Assembly: GCA_903913865.1 (NCBI GenBank)
Contig: CAIWMU010000149.1
Location: forward strand, 151 to 64,150
From: an uncultured Verrucomicrobia subdivision 3 bacterium
GTDB lineage: Bacteria > Verrucomicrobiota > Verrucomicrobiia > Limisphaerales > UBA8199
Length of the DNA: 64,000 bases
Direction: 5' to 3'
Position 1 is the first letter of the stretch. Each line of letters begins with the position of its first letter. A model generated the notes under the pieces. That model made no database searches, was not told the origin of the DNA, and saw only the letters and a program-made list of their open reading frames with translations. This document shows, piece after piece, positions 37,901-46,181 of the stretch. Both the position numbers and the translations under genes were made by a program.

Positions 37901-38242
37901 AACGCTGCGAACAACATCAATAACACCGCCCAGATAACGGGAATGTCACCCAATTCCGCGGGTGAGATCACCATTAGTCTTGCGCCGACTCCCGCCAACA
38001 ACAATGCCAACCATTTTACCTATCTGGGCATCCTGCAGGTGTCGCCTTATGTGCCACCGCTGCAATTTCTTCCGTCCGTCATCGAGGGGGGAAAGATCAA
38101 ACTGCAGTGGACCGGTATCGGCCAGCTTGAACGGGCCCTGTCTGTAAACGGATCGTGGACTCCGATCACTCCCGCACCCACTTCGCCTTATCAGGAGGAT
38201 GTTGTGGCAGGAGAAATTCGGTTCTACCGTCTGAAAAAGTAG
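34991..38242 (+). CDS. Large secreted protein: 3 copies of an unassigned roughly 190-aa domain, 2 Ig (I-set-like) domains, 2 SbsA/Big_5-like domains, and a C-terminal FYRL module
   Basis: 1083-aa ORF. The signal peptide MGPSRLAVALLMFQGLTAPAQT begins at the internal ATG 35090, which is an alternative start. Domain boundaries were read from repeated motifs (see the repeat feature). Ig domains have PVTF(S/T)C.V.G.PPY.VQWYENG. Big_5-like units have SDTNPP..IKA......LTFSEPL......NY......D.AGN. Confidence 0.85.
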   Translation: MKKIGANQQTSAIGAPNSSKSLRTLTLRDLACLMGPSRLAVALLMFQGLTAPAQTYLVDFGSTGSANTTTLGSSPNDPQNYWNNLTTTIGQTANGVLTNLVSSLNQTSAISIKMISRFNGANTVGTTLSTLYPVNSTKDSLYGNTESFNSLTNIFPSFKLTGLATNTTYSLSFFASRSGASDNRETGYSVSGANSNYTILNASTAIDNTGQVQGVLPSAAGEIIISLAPTPANNSAQHFTYLGVLQVDAIPPQTPLAFNLEPVSKKVQQTKPVTFSCSVTGSPPYTVQWYENGSPIAGWHQFYYTVPSADLSMNGYRYSVTVSNLVYAIASTNAVLTVLSDTNPPTVIKAASYDGGSILLTFSEPLEVSTPLNPANYIVNAGAVPVSGATLVGDSQSVVLALSASITGSFTVVLNNIQDIAGNTIAPNTSINGNVVAIEDQSFLLDFGGANTTEVGPSPDDPNNFWNNVNSSVSASDTGELQNLVSVHSAQTTLGLVMIRRFNGINENGTLVSTVFPQDAARDSMYGNTEAFSAGADFFPSFKLTGLNPGRAYNLTFYASRADVTDNRETGYTVVGANAGFTALNAANNVDNTAKVEAIFPTLSGEVSVSLAPTTNNNNANHFTYLGLLQLSPGVVPPQSALSFTKQPVSQRVAQLKPVTFTCEVAGPPPYFVQWYENGQPVSGANGLSYKIDAAQLQMNGAYYAVTVSNLVYGVRSTNAVLTVNSDTNPPSLIKAVGYSGTTVELTFSEPLDATTAIDPANYKVDNGVVAVIAANLSTDGLKVTLTLDTTFTTSFGVEVRNVLDLAGNLIASSSRVTGSVVAIEDQDLLIDFGGASLTLHGASPDDPINYWNSISTDVGAADTGVSPNLVTSHNTTSLVGLSMISRFGGANTAGTTASALFPQNATRDTLYGNTEVFSGASNIFPSFKLTGLNPARKYDLTFFASRIGVSDIRETGYSVSGANSNYTRLNAANNINNTAQITGMSPNSAGEITISLAPTPANNNANHFTYLGILQVSPYVPPLQFLPSVIEGGKIKLQWTGIGQLERALSVNGSWTPITPAPTSPYQEDVVAGEIRFYRLKK
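35156..38046 (+). repeat. Intragenic module repeat of about 1.16 kb; the unassigned domain occurs at 35156-35740, 36317-36883 and 37475-38046, with a fourth copy at 39595-40170 in the next gene
   Basis: The (Y/F/L)L(V/L/I)DFG openings fall at 35156, 36317 and 37475, spaced 1161 and 1158 nt. All four copies share DFG..(8)..SP(N/D)DP.N(Y/F)WNN, RFNG.N..GT, RD(S/T).YGNTE.F, FP(S/R)FK(L/I).GL, (F/Y)ASR...(S/T)D.RET.Y.V.G and NNNANHFTYL. Confidence 0.9.
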
Positions 38243-38274
38243 TTGAATCTCAACGGCTGCATTCGGGAACCCGT

Positions 38275-38310
38275 GTCCACGGAAGCCATTCGTAAACGGC
38301 TTCCGTGGAC
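38275..38310 (+). terminator. Perfect 13-bp hairpin between the two secreted-protein genes (terminator or attenuator candidate)
   Basis: GTCCACGGAAGCC-attcgtaaac-GGCTTCCGTGGAC lies 33 nt after the stop at 38242. No U-tract follows, so it may be a partial terminator or an RNA-stability element. Confidence 0.4.
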
Positions 38311-38418
38311 GATTCTGGCACATCCCATTCGATGGGGGGATTACAGTCATGCGATTCGCATGACGATAGTTGCCTCGGACGGTGCTGAAATAGGCCCTCC
38401 TGAGTCCTTCGAAAAGTT

Positions 38419-40368
38419 ATGATGATCGCACGCACATTCCGGAGGTTCCTTCAATCCGCCTGCCTGCTAATTGCCCTCGCAGTCCTTACCCCATCGACCA
38501 CCCGGGCCCAGATCCGTGTCTTGTTTATCGGTAACAGTTTCACCCTTGGCAGTGGCGACGCAACGGAACGCGCCCAGACGATCGGGGGTGTACCGGAAAT
38601 TTTCAGTCGGCTTGCCCTGGCCGGTGGACGGACCAATCTCACCGTGGTGATGCGCGCGGTGGGTGGGCAAGGTTTCCAGTTTCACGATCAGGACCCCACC
38701 TCCCAGGCTACAATCCGGGCCCAACCGTGGACTTACGTCGTGCTGCAAGCCTACAGTACCGAGCCCACGCACCTGGTGGATGGCACCCACAGTCTATCCA
38801 GTTTCTACACCTATGGTAAGGACCTCTATTTGTGGTCCATGACCAACAATCCCAATACCCAGGTCCTCCTCTATGAAACATGGTCCCGGTCGTCCTCCCA
38901 CTCGCTCATCAGCGGTATCTCCACCCCCTCTGGTTTTGCGAGCACAGCGGAGTTTCAGGCAGAACTTCGGACAAATTATCAAAACCTCGCGAATTCGCTA
39001 AACCTCGCGAATCCCACCAATCCGCCCGTGATCGTTGCCCCGATTGGGGACGCCTGGGAAAACGCGGGTGGACTGCGTTCCCCTACCACCCAGGGTTTTG
39101 CCAGCCTGTTTTCCAGTGACAACTATCACGGCAATGACAACGGCTACTATTTGAATGCGGCCGTTTTTTACTCCAAGATCTTCGGAACCAGTCCCCTGGG
39201 GCTTTCGAGCAATTCGCTTGTTACCAGCTTAAATCTGCGGCTCACCGTGCCGCCCGCTTTCCTTGAACAGGTGGCATGGTCCACTGTCCAGGGATCCACT
39301 CTGGCCCCCATCGCATTCGTTCACCAACCGGTCAGCCAGACGGTTGCGCAATCGCAGACCGTCACCTTCAGCACGTCCGTTGTGGGCACTCCGCCGTTCG
39401 CCATCCAGTGGTTTAGCAACGGCATGCCGATCCCGGCCGCCAACCAACTCACCTATACCTTGTCGGCGGTGACGACAAACATGAGTGGATCCCTTTTCTC
39501 CGTCGGCGTGAGCAATCTAGTTCAGGGGACTCTCAGCACCAACGCTGTCCTCACCGTGGTTCCGATGCTGCCACTGGACACAAATATGCAAACCTTCTGG
39601 TTCGATTTTGGCAACCTGAACACCACGCAATCAGGGCCCTCACCCAACGATCCTGTGAACTATTGGAACAACATCATTAATAGCATCGGCTGCAACTCTT
39701 CCGGTCGGTTGAACAACCTCGTGGATTCCCAAAACAAGCAGACGAGCCTTGGCTTGGTGATGTTAAATCGGTTCAACTCCAACAACGAGAACGGCACTAC
39801 TTCATTTCCCGGGCTTCCTCAGAACGCCACGCGGGATTCGCTCTACGGCAATACCGAAACCTTCAACGGCATGGCCAATATATTTCCGAGATTCAAGATC
39901 GTCGGGCTGAACGCCACATCGACTTACAACTTCACTTTCTACGCCTCACGCACCGGGGCCTCCGACAATCGTGAGACTTGCTATACCGTGCAGGGGAGCC
40001 GTACGAACTTTGCCGCCCTGAACGTCGCAAACAACATTTCCAATTCAGTGATCGTCAGCAGCATCAAGCCCACGAGCCTCGGAGAAATTGTCATCAATCT
40101 CACCGCCACGGCGAACAATAACAACGCGAACCACTTCACCTACCTCAGTGTTATGCGAATGGATGCGCTCCCGCCATTGCCCGTGTTTGGACCATCGGTC
40201 CTAACCAACGGTCAGATCAAGCTCAGTTGGGCCGGTAGCGCGCAGTTGGAACGTGCTCTTTCCATTTCGGGGTCCTGGAGCCCGATCACACCCCGACCAT
40301 CCTCCCCATACACCGAGGAGATAGTGGCAGGCAGAAGCTGTTTCTACCGGCTGATCGCTGATCCATGA
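38419..40368 (+). CDS. Secreted SGNH/GDSL-like (DUF4886-type) hydrolase fused to an Ig domain, one copy of the unassigned domain and the FYRL C-terminal module
   Basis: The signal peptide is MMIARTFRRFLQSACLLIALAVLTPSTTRAQ. Block I is VLFIGNSFT and block V is DNYHGNDNGYYLNA (DxxH). Next come PVSQTVAQSQTVTFSTSVVGTPPFAIQWFSNG (Ig), then FWFDFGNLNTTQSGPSPNDPVNYWNN...NNNANHFTYL. The protein ends in ...CFYRLIADP. Confidence 0.85.
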   Translation: MMIARTFRRFLQSACLLIALAVLTPSTTRAQIRVLFIGNSFTLGSGDATERAQTIGGVPEIFSRLALAGGRTNLTVVMRAVGGQGFQFHDQDPTSQATIRAQPWTYVVLQAYSTEPTHLVDGTHSLSSFYTYGKDLYLWSMTNNPNTQVLLYETWSRSSSHSLISGISTPSGFASTAEFQAELRTNYQNLANSLNLANPTNPPVIVAPIGDAWENAGGLRSPTTQGFASLFSSDNYHGNDNGYYLNAAVFYSKIFGTSPLGLSSNSLVTSLNLRLTVPPAFLEQVAWSTVQGSTLAPIAFVHQPVSQTVAQSQTVTFSTSVVGTPPFAIQWFSNGMPIPAANQLTYTLSAVTTNMSGSLFSVGVSNLVQGTLSTNAVLTVVPMLPLDTNMQTFWFDFGNLNTTQSGPSPNDPVNYWNNIINSIGCNSSGRLNNLVDSQNKQTSLGLVMLNRFNSNNENGTTSFPGLPQNATRDSLYGNTETFNGMANIFPRFKIVGLNATSTYNFTFYASRTGASDNRETCYTVQGSRTNFAALNVANNISNSVIVSSIKPTSLGEIVINLTATANNNNANHFTYLSVMRMDALPPLPVFGPSVLTNGQIKLSWAGSAQLERALSISGSWSPITPRPSSPYTEEIVAGRSCFYRLIADP

Positions 40369-40411
40369 AATGAGTGCGTCTCCCACGTCTCCTGTGTATC
40401 CTCTGCCGAGC

Positions 40412-41035
40412 ATGACCAAAATTGGCATTGTCGAAGATAATCCAACCATTCGCTCCGGGTTGGAGGAACTGGTCACGGGATTGAAGGACTGTCGTTGCAT
40501 TGGAGCGTTTGGTTCTGCCGAGGAAGCCCTGCGAAAACTGCCCGCCCTCAAACCGGAGTTGGTTTTGATGGATATTCACCTCCCTAATCTTTCCGGAATC
40601 GAATGCACGGCGCGGTTAAAGGGGTTGCTGCCGGACGTTGGCATATTGATGCTGACCGTCTATGAGGATGAAGCAAAGATTTTCCAGGCGCTGAAGGCCG
40701 GGGCGAATGGTTACATCCTCAAGCGCACGGGCAGGAGGGAAATTGTGGAGGCAATCAATGAGTTGCGGCGCGGCGGCGCGCCGATGACCAGCGCCATTGC
40801 CCGCAAGGTGGTGGATTCGTTTCGCGAGTCGCCGCCGAAGGAGGAGTCAAATCTAACCCGGCGTCAAACCGAAATACTTGATTGTCTGGCGCGAGGGTTT
40901 TCGAATAAGGAGATCGCCGCACAACTGTCGCTTTCCGTGGACACGGTGGGCTCGCACCTGAAGGAGATATACGAGAAGCTCCGCGTTCACACACGCACCG
41001 CTGCTGCGCTTAAGTTTTTAGGCAGCAAGGAATAA
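40412..41035 (+). CDS. NarL/LuxR-family response regulator (REC + HTH_LuxR)
   Basis: The ATG at 40412 gives [17 protein letters not shown]. The phospho-acceptor context is LVLMDIHLP. The LuxR HTH is [43 protein letters not shown]. The ATG at 40370, 1 nt after the upstream stop, is an alternative start. Confidence 0.9.
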   Translation: MTKIGIVEDNPTIRSGLEELVTGLKDCRCIGAFGSAEEALRKLPALKPELVLMDIHLPNLSGIECTARLKGLLPDVGILMLTVYEDEAKIFQALKAGANGYILKRTGRREIVEAINELRRGGAPMTSAIARKVVDSFRESPPKEESNLTRRQTEILDCLARGFSNKEIAAQLSLSVDTVGSHLKEIYEKLRVHTRTAAALKFLGSKE

Positions 41036-41051
41036 CCGTTGGAAACAATTT

Positions 41052-42353
41052 ATGGATAGGGGCGTCGCACAGATGGAAACTCCTCCTGCCACCAGAGCTT
41101 GGTATCGGATCCTCTACGTGCAGGTGCTGGTCGCTGTGGCACTGGGCATTGCCGTTGGTTGGCTCGCCCCCGAATTCGGCAAATCACTGAAGCCGCTCGG
41201 GGACGGTTTTATCAAGCTTGTCAAGATGCTGATCTCCCCGATCATCTTCTGCACTGTCGTCCACGGCATTGCCTCGATGGGTGATCTCAAGAAACTGGGT
41301 CGCATCGGTTTTAAGACGCTTTTGTACTTTGAGGTCGTCTCCACGCTGGCGTTGATCATTGGTTTGGTCGTGGTAAATTTGCTCAAGCCTGGCGCGGGTT
41401 TCAACATTGATCCCGCCACGCTCAATGCCGGGCTCGTCAAGGATTATGCAGTGAAAGCGCACGGCATGAGCACCGTGGACTTTTTGCTGAACATCATCCC
41501 GAAAACTTTCTTGGATGCGCTGGTTGGCGGAGACCTGATGCAGGTTTTGTTCATCTCCATCCTCGTCGCGCTCGCGGTTTCCGGGATGGGACCTCGGGGT
41601 AAACCCATCCTGAACGGCATAAGCCATGCGGCCGAGATGCTTTTCGGTGTCATGGCGATTGTCGTCAGGGTTGCCCCTATCGGCGCGTTTGGTGCGATGG
41701 GTTTCACTGTGGGTAGTTACGGACTGGGCGCGCTGAACAAGCTCCTCGCGCTGATGGCAGCGTTTTATCTCACGGCAGGGCTCTTTGTTGTGTTTGTGTT
41801 GGGCGGAATTGCATGGTGGTGCGGATTCTCGATTTTCCGTTTCATCGCCTACATCAAGGAGGAAATAATGCTGGTGCTCGGCACCAGTTCCAGTGAGACA
41901 GCTCTGCCCGGGATGATTCGCAAGTTGGAAGGGCTCGGGTGCTCCGGTTCTACAGTGGGTTTGGTCATACCCACGGGCTACAGCTTTAATTTGGATGGCA
42001 CGAACATTTACATGGCCATGGCGGCGGTATTCCTCGCACAGGCCACCAACACGCCGCTTGATTTAGGGCATCAAATTTCCCTGCTCGTTGTGGCGATGCT
42101 GACGTCCAAAGGGGCAAGTGGGGTCACGGGTGCGGGATTCATCACGCTGGCCGCCACTCTCGTGGCCGTGCCGGCTGTGCCAATCGAATCGTTGGCCCTG
42201 CTGGTCGGCATCGACCGTTTCATGAGCGAATGCCGTGCCCTCACGAATCTGGTTGGGAATGGTGTTGCCACCGTTGTCATAAGCAGATGGGAAAAGGAAG
42301 TCAGCCCGGAGACCCTGCGGTCCAGATTGCAACAACGCACGGATCCGCAGTAA
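41052..42353 (+). CDS. dctA: C4-dicarboxylate / amino-acid:cation symporter (DAACS family)
   Basis: [15 protein letters not shown]...[22 protein letters not shown]...[11 protein letters not shown]...[11 protein letters not shown] matches DctA-type signatures. The ATG at 41073 (METPP) is an alternative start. Confidence 0.9.
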   Translation: MDRGVAQMETPPATRAWYRILYVQVLVAVALGIAVGWLAPEFGKSLKPLGDGFIKLVKMLISPIIFCTVVHGIASMGDLKKLGRIGFKTLLYFEVVSTLALIIGLVVVNLLKPGAGFNIDPATLNAGLVKDYAVKAHGMSTVDFLLNIIPKTFLDALVGGDLMQVLFISILVALAVSGMGPRGKPILNGISHAAEMLFGVMAIVVRVAPIGAFGAMGFTVGSYGLGALNKLLALMAAFYLTAGLFVVFVLGGIAWWCGFSIFRFIAYIKEEIMLVLGTSSSETALPGMIRKLEGLGCSGSTVGLVIPTGYSFNLDGTNIYMAMAAVFLAQATNTPLDLGHQISLLVVAMLTSKGASGVTGAGFITLAATLVAVPAVPIESLALLVGIDRFMSECRALTNLVGNGVATVVISRWEKEVSPETLRSRLQQRTDPQ

Positions 42354-42483
42354 TTGATGTTTGGTTGCTGCGAGGTGGCAGACAGTGAATGAGGAAGGAT
42401 GGGTTCAGCGCCGACCCCATTTCGCTCAGGAGTTGTTCCTTCAGGCGTTTCTTGCTCAGCTGTGTTGCGTCTTGCCGCATCGT

Positions 42484-44034
42484 TCAATGAGAAGGCGCAC
42501 CGGCACCTTTTGCAGCATTTGTGAACCAGACAAGCGGGATCATCGCCATGAGGACCGTTCCGAGGATGAGGAAGCAATCGCCAAAGGCCATGACGGAGGC
42601 TTCCCGGTGGATGATTTGTGCGACCGATCCGATGGCCTGGGTGGCGGCGGCGGCCTCATTGCCCCCACGGGCGGTGAGAATTCCAGTGATGGACTGGAGT
42701 CGGCCAAGGGTGGCTGGATCCAGAAGGGTGACGGTTTCCCCGAGTCGGGCAGAGTGGAGCTTTTCCCGGAGATCCAGGCGGGTGGCAAGGAGGGCGATGC
42801 CAATGCTACCGCCCAGATTGCGGAACATGTTGAACAGGGCGGATGCCGAACCGGATTGTGCGAGTGGTAGATGGCTCGTGGCGAGGGCGGTCAGCGGAAC
42901 GATGACGAGGGGCATTCCGGCGGCGCGGACGAGTTGTGGCATCCGCAATTGATCGTAACCGGTCAGGTTTGAGAGAAATCCGTTCATCAGGCCACTGGCC
43001 GCAAAGAGCCCAAGGCCCAGTGTGAGCAGCAACCGCGCATCCACCCGCTTCAAAAGGAGGGCCACCACCGGCATCATTAAGAATTGCGGAGCCCCGCTCC
43101 ACATGATGGTTTCCCCGATCTGAAGGGCGTTGTAGCCCTGCACACCGGCAAGATAGACGGGGAGCAGGTAGGTGGCTCCATACATCCCAAAGCCAAAGGC
43201 AAGGCTCACGAGGCAGCACAGACCAAAATTGCGGTCGGCGAGCAGACGAAGGTTGATGAACGGTTCCCGTTGGCGCAGTTCGATGACCACGCAAGCGCAC
43301 AGGGATATGAGGGCAAGAAGTCCGGTCACAAGGATTAGGCGGGAGCTGAACCAGTCCTTCCGGTTGCCCTCCTCGAGAAAAATGATGAGAGAACCAAGGC
43401 CGATGGCCATTGTGCAGATTCCCCACCAATCTCCATGTTTGAGTCGCTCGTGTCGGGGTGTCGTCGGTTCGAGACCCCAGGCAACCGCGCCGATCAACAG
43501 GGCGCCCGGCAGCAGGTTTAGATAGAAAATGGAGGGCCAACCGTAGTTGTCTGTCAGCCATCCACCAATCGTGGGTCCCACCGCCGGGGCGAAGGTGGCC
43601 GTCATGCCGAAGATGGCGAATCCGAGTGCCCGTTTGGAGGCGGGTAGCAGTTGCAGCGTGAGGGTGAAGGCCATGGGGATGAGGATCCCGCCCGCAAGTC
43701 CCTGAAGGGCCCGCAGGGCGATCATGCTTTCAATATTCCAGGCACAGGCGCAGCCGAGAGAGAAGAGGAGGAACAGGAACGCATTGACGAGGAGGTAGCG
43801 GCGGGGGGAAAAGACCTCCGAAAGCCAGCCACTGATGGGGATGACGATGATCTCGGCAACCAGATAGCTGGTGGTGACCCATGAACCTTCATCCATCGTG
43901 GCGCCGAGCGATCCAAGGATGTCGTTGAGGGATGCGTTGGTGATCTGGATATCCAGCACCGCCATGAACGCGCCGAGCATCGCCCCGCACAGGGCCACCC
44001 AGTGCCTCAGAGGAACCTGTTCCGTTGTGTTCAT
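42484..44034 (-). CDS. DHA2 (EmrB/QacA) family 14-TMS MFS efflux permease
   Basis: Trimmed to the ATG at 44034 (MNTTEQVPLRHWVALCGAMLGAFMAVLDIQITNASL). The N-terminal motif and length are typical of EmrB. Confidence 0.9.
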   Translation of the reverse strand: MNTTEQVPLRHWVALCGAMLGAFMAVLDIQITNASLNDILGSLGATMDEGSWVTTSYLVAEIIVIPISGWLSEVFSPRRYLLVNAFLFLLFSLGCACAWNIESMIALRALQGLAGGILIPMAFTLTLQLLPASKRALGFAIFGMTATFAPAVGPTIGGWLTDNYGWPSIFYLNLLPGALLIGAVAWGLEPTTPRHERLKHGDWWGICTMAIGLGSLIIFLEEGNRKDWFSSRLILVTGLLALISLCACVVIELRQREPFINLRLLADRNFGLCCLVSLAFGFGMYGATYLLPVYLAGVQGYNALQIGETIMWSGAPQFLMMPVVALLLKRVDARLLLTLGLGLFAASGLMNGFLSNLTGYDQLRMPQLVRAAGMPLVIVPLTALATSHLPLAQSGSASALFNMFRNLGGSIGIALLATRLDLREKLHSARLGETVTLLDPATLGRLQSITGILTARGGNEAAAATQAIGSVAQIIHREASVMAFGDCFLILGTVLMAMIPLVWFTNAAKGAGAPSH

Positions 44035-44042
44035 GGGTGTGC

Positions 44043-45167
44043 TCACTTGCCGGTGTGGACGCGCACCATGGCCGACATCCCCGGAACGATTCGTGTTTCG
44101 CAACCAGCCATGTCAGTGCCATCAAACACAATCTTGACCGGGACCCGCTGAACGATGCGGGTGAAGTTTCCGGTCGCATTCTCGGGTGGGAGCAGGGCGA
44201 ACATGGCTCCGCTGGCAGGAGAGACAGTGTCCACCCGTCCACGGAAGGTGCGCCCGGGGAAGGCATCGATCCGGATCTGGACATCCTGGCCGGGAAGCAG
44301 ACCGGAGATTTGGGTTTCCTTGAAGTTTGCAACGATCCATGGGTGGGTATCCACGAGGGCAAGCAGCACCTGACCGGGCTGGACACGATTCCCAATTTCG
44401 AGGTTTTTACGGCCGATGCGTCCTGCCACGGGGGCCTGGATCCCGGTGTAGGATGACTGCAGTCGTGCCTCTTCAAGAGAAGCGGTGGCCACCTGCTCCA
44501 GCGCGCGGGCTGAGGAGGCGTTGGCAATTGCGGATTGCAGGGCTGCCCGGGCGCCTTCAATGCCAGCCTTGCAGGCATCCCGGGTGGCCCGCGCCTGATC
44601 AAATTCCTGTCTGGAGATGGCACCGGTGCCATCCTCGTAGAGGGACTCTGCGCGCTCGAAGTCGAGTTGGGCTTTCCGGGTGTTGGCAGTCTCCCGATCC
44701 ACCATGGCGGCAGCCTGCGCGATCAGGGCTTCGGCCTGATTGACACCGGCGCGCGCCTGGGCGAGCTGTGCCAGGGACTGCTGCTCGCGGGAGGCGAGGT
44801 CCCGTGGGTCCAGGCGCGCGAGCAGCTGGCCCGCTTCCACGGCCTGGTTTTCATCCACAAGCACATCCTGAATGGTTCCCGAAATCCGGGGACTGATCTG
44901 GTGGATGTGGGATGACACCGATGCGTTGTCCGTGCTGACCCAGTTCCGGGAATGGTGCCACCAGCTGACGCACAGCGCCAGAAGCAGAACACCCATCAGG
45001 CAGAGCACCCTCCTTAGGCGGACATGGGGGACGGCGCGTGCTTCCGTGGCATCCACGGGGGGGAGAGGTTGCGGAGTTGGGGCAGTGGCTGGCTCCGGCA
45101 CCCGGATTGTGCTGCCTCCCTGTGTCAGTGGTTCTCCGTTTAGTGTCGCTGTTCGTGTCACATTCAT
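44043..45167 (-). CDS. HlyD/EmrA-family membrane fusion protein
   Basis: Trimmed to the ATG at 45167 (MNVTRTATL). It has a TM anchor (VLCLMGVLLLALCVSWW), NASVSSHIHQISPRISGTI, coiled coils, and C-terminal FTRIVQRVPVKI as in EmrA. It sits directly upstream of the MFS gene. Confidence 0.88.
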   Translation of the reverse strand: MNVTRTATLNGEPLTQGGSTIRVPEPATAPTPQPLPPVDATEARAVPHVRLRRVLCLMGVLLLALCVSWWHHSRNWVSTDNASVSSHIHQISPRISGTIQDVLVDENQAVEAGQLLARLDPRDLASREQQSLAQLAQARAGVNQAEALIAQAAAMVDRETANTRKAQLDFERAESLYEDGTGAISRQEFDQARATRDACKAGIEGARAALQSAIANASSARALEQVATASLEEARLQSSYTGIQAPVAGRIGRKNLEIGNRVQPGQVLLALVDTHPWIVANFKETQISGLLPGQDVQIRIDAFPGRTFRGRVDTVSPASGAMFALLPPENATGNFTRIVQRVPVKIVFDGTDMAGCETRIVPGMSAMVRVHTGK

Positions 45168-45250
45168 GGGATCAGCATGCCTTTGATTTAAGGCTTCCGC
45201 CCAATACTTTGTTCCTTGGAAGATCCATGCCAAAAAGGTATGGTTGCGGC

Positions 45251-46162
45251 ATGGAACTCAGGCACCTGCGATATTTTGTGGTGGTGGCGGAGGAGTTGAA
45301 CCTCACCCACGCCTCGGCGCGACTGCGCGTGGCTCAACCGGCCTTGAGCCGGCAGATCAAGGATCTGGAGGAGGAGTTGCAGACGCGGTTGTTCGACCGG
45401 CGGCGGACCGGGGTTCAACTCACCCCGGCGGGCGGGGCTTTTCTGAGGCGGGCGCGTGTTGTGCTGGAGCAGGCAGCCCTGGCTGCGCAGGAGGCACGCG
45501 CTGCGGCGGGATTGGTCACGGGAACACTTTCAATCGGATATCCCAGTGGATTGCACCTGAACTATCTGGAACCGGTCCTGCGCCAGTTTCGCGGGGAGCA
45601 TCCCCGGGTCGAATTGGATTACCTGCATATCCGCCCCGGTGAGCAGCTCAAGGCACTTCGCGATGGCCAGATCGATATCGCCTTCCTGAATTTGCCCGAG
45701 AGACCGGAGGGCCTGGAGCATGCCGTGGTCTGGCGGGTGCCATACGAGGTCGTGATGCCGGCACATCATCCACTCGCCAGACGGGCATCGTTCAAGCTTT
45801 CGGATCTCCGCGGGGAGGATTTTGTTTTTTCGACCCGGGACGCAAGGCCTGAGTTTTACGACGGGTTCTTCCACCAGTGCGCCAACGCGGGGTTTCATCC
45901 CCGGATCGTGAAAGAGGTTGGAGGTTACCCGACAAACATCCTCGGGCTGATTTCTGTCGGGGTCGGGGTGAGTGTCCTTCCGCACTTCAAGGAGACAGAG
46001 AGGTTCGCAAGCCTGGTGTGGAGGCCGCTCAACGAGCCTCGCCTGTTCATGGATTGGTCGCTGGTTTCCCGTCGGGAGAAGACTGCTGCAACAGCGCGGT
46101 TCCTTGGGATGGCTCTTAAAAAATATCCTGTAGCCCAGGATATGGAGGCAACCGGATTTTAG
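45251..46162 (+). CDS. LysR-family transcriptional regulator, divergent from the EmrAB-like pump
   Basis: Trimmed to the ATG at 45251. MELRHLRYFVVVAEELNLTHASARLRVAQPALSRQIKDLE is the canonical LysR HTH opening. Confidence 0.9.
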   Translation: MELRHLRYFVVVAEELNLTHASARLRVAQPALSRQIKDLEEELQTRLFDRRRTGVQLTPAGGAFLRRARVVLEQAALAAQEARAAAGLVTGTLSIGYPSGLHLNYLEPVLRQFRGEHPRVELDYLHIRPGEQLKALRDGQIDIAFLNLPERPEGLEHAVVWRVPYEVVMPAHHPLARRASFKLSDLRGEDFVFSTRDARPEFYDGFFHQCANAGFHPRIVKEVGGYPTNILGLISVGVGVSVLPHFKETERFASLVWRPLNEPRLFMDWSLVSRREKTAATARFLGMALKKYPVAQDMEATGF

Positions 46163-46181
46163 GGGAAGGAGCGCGTTCCTG

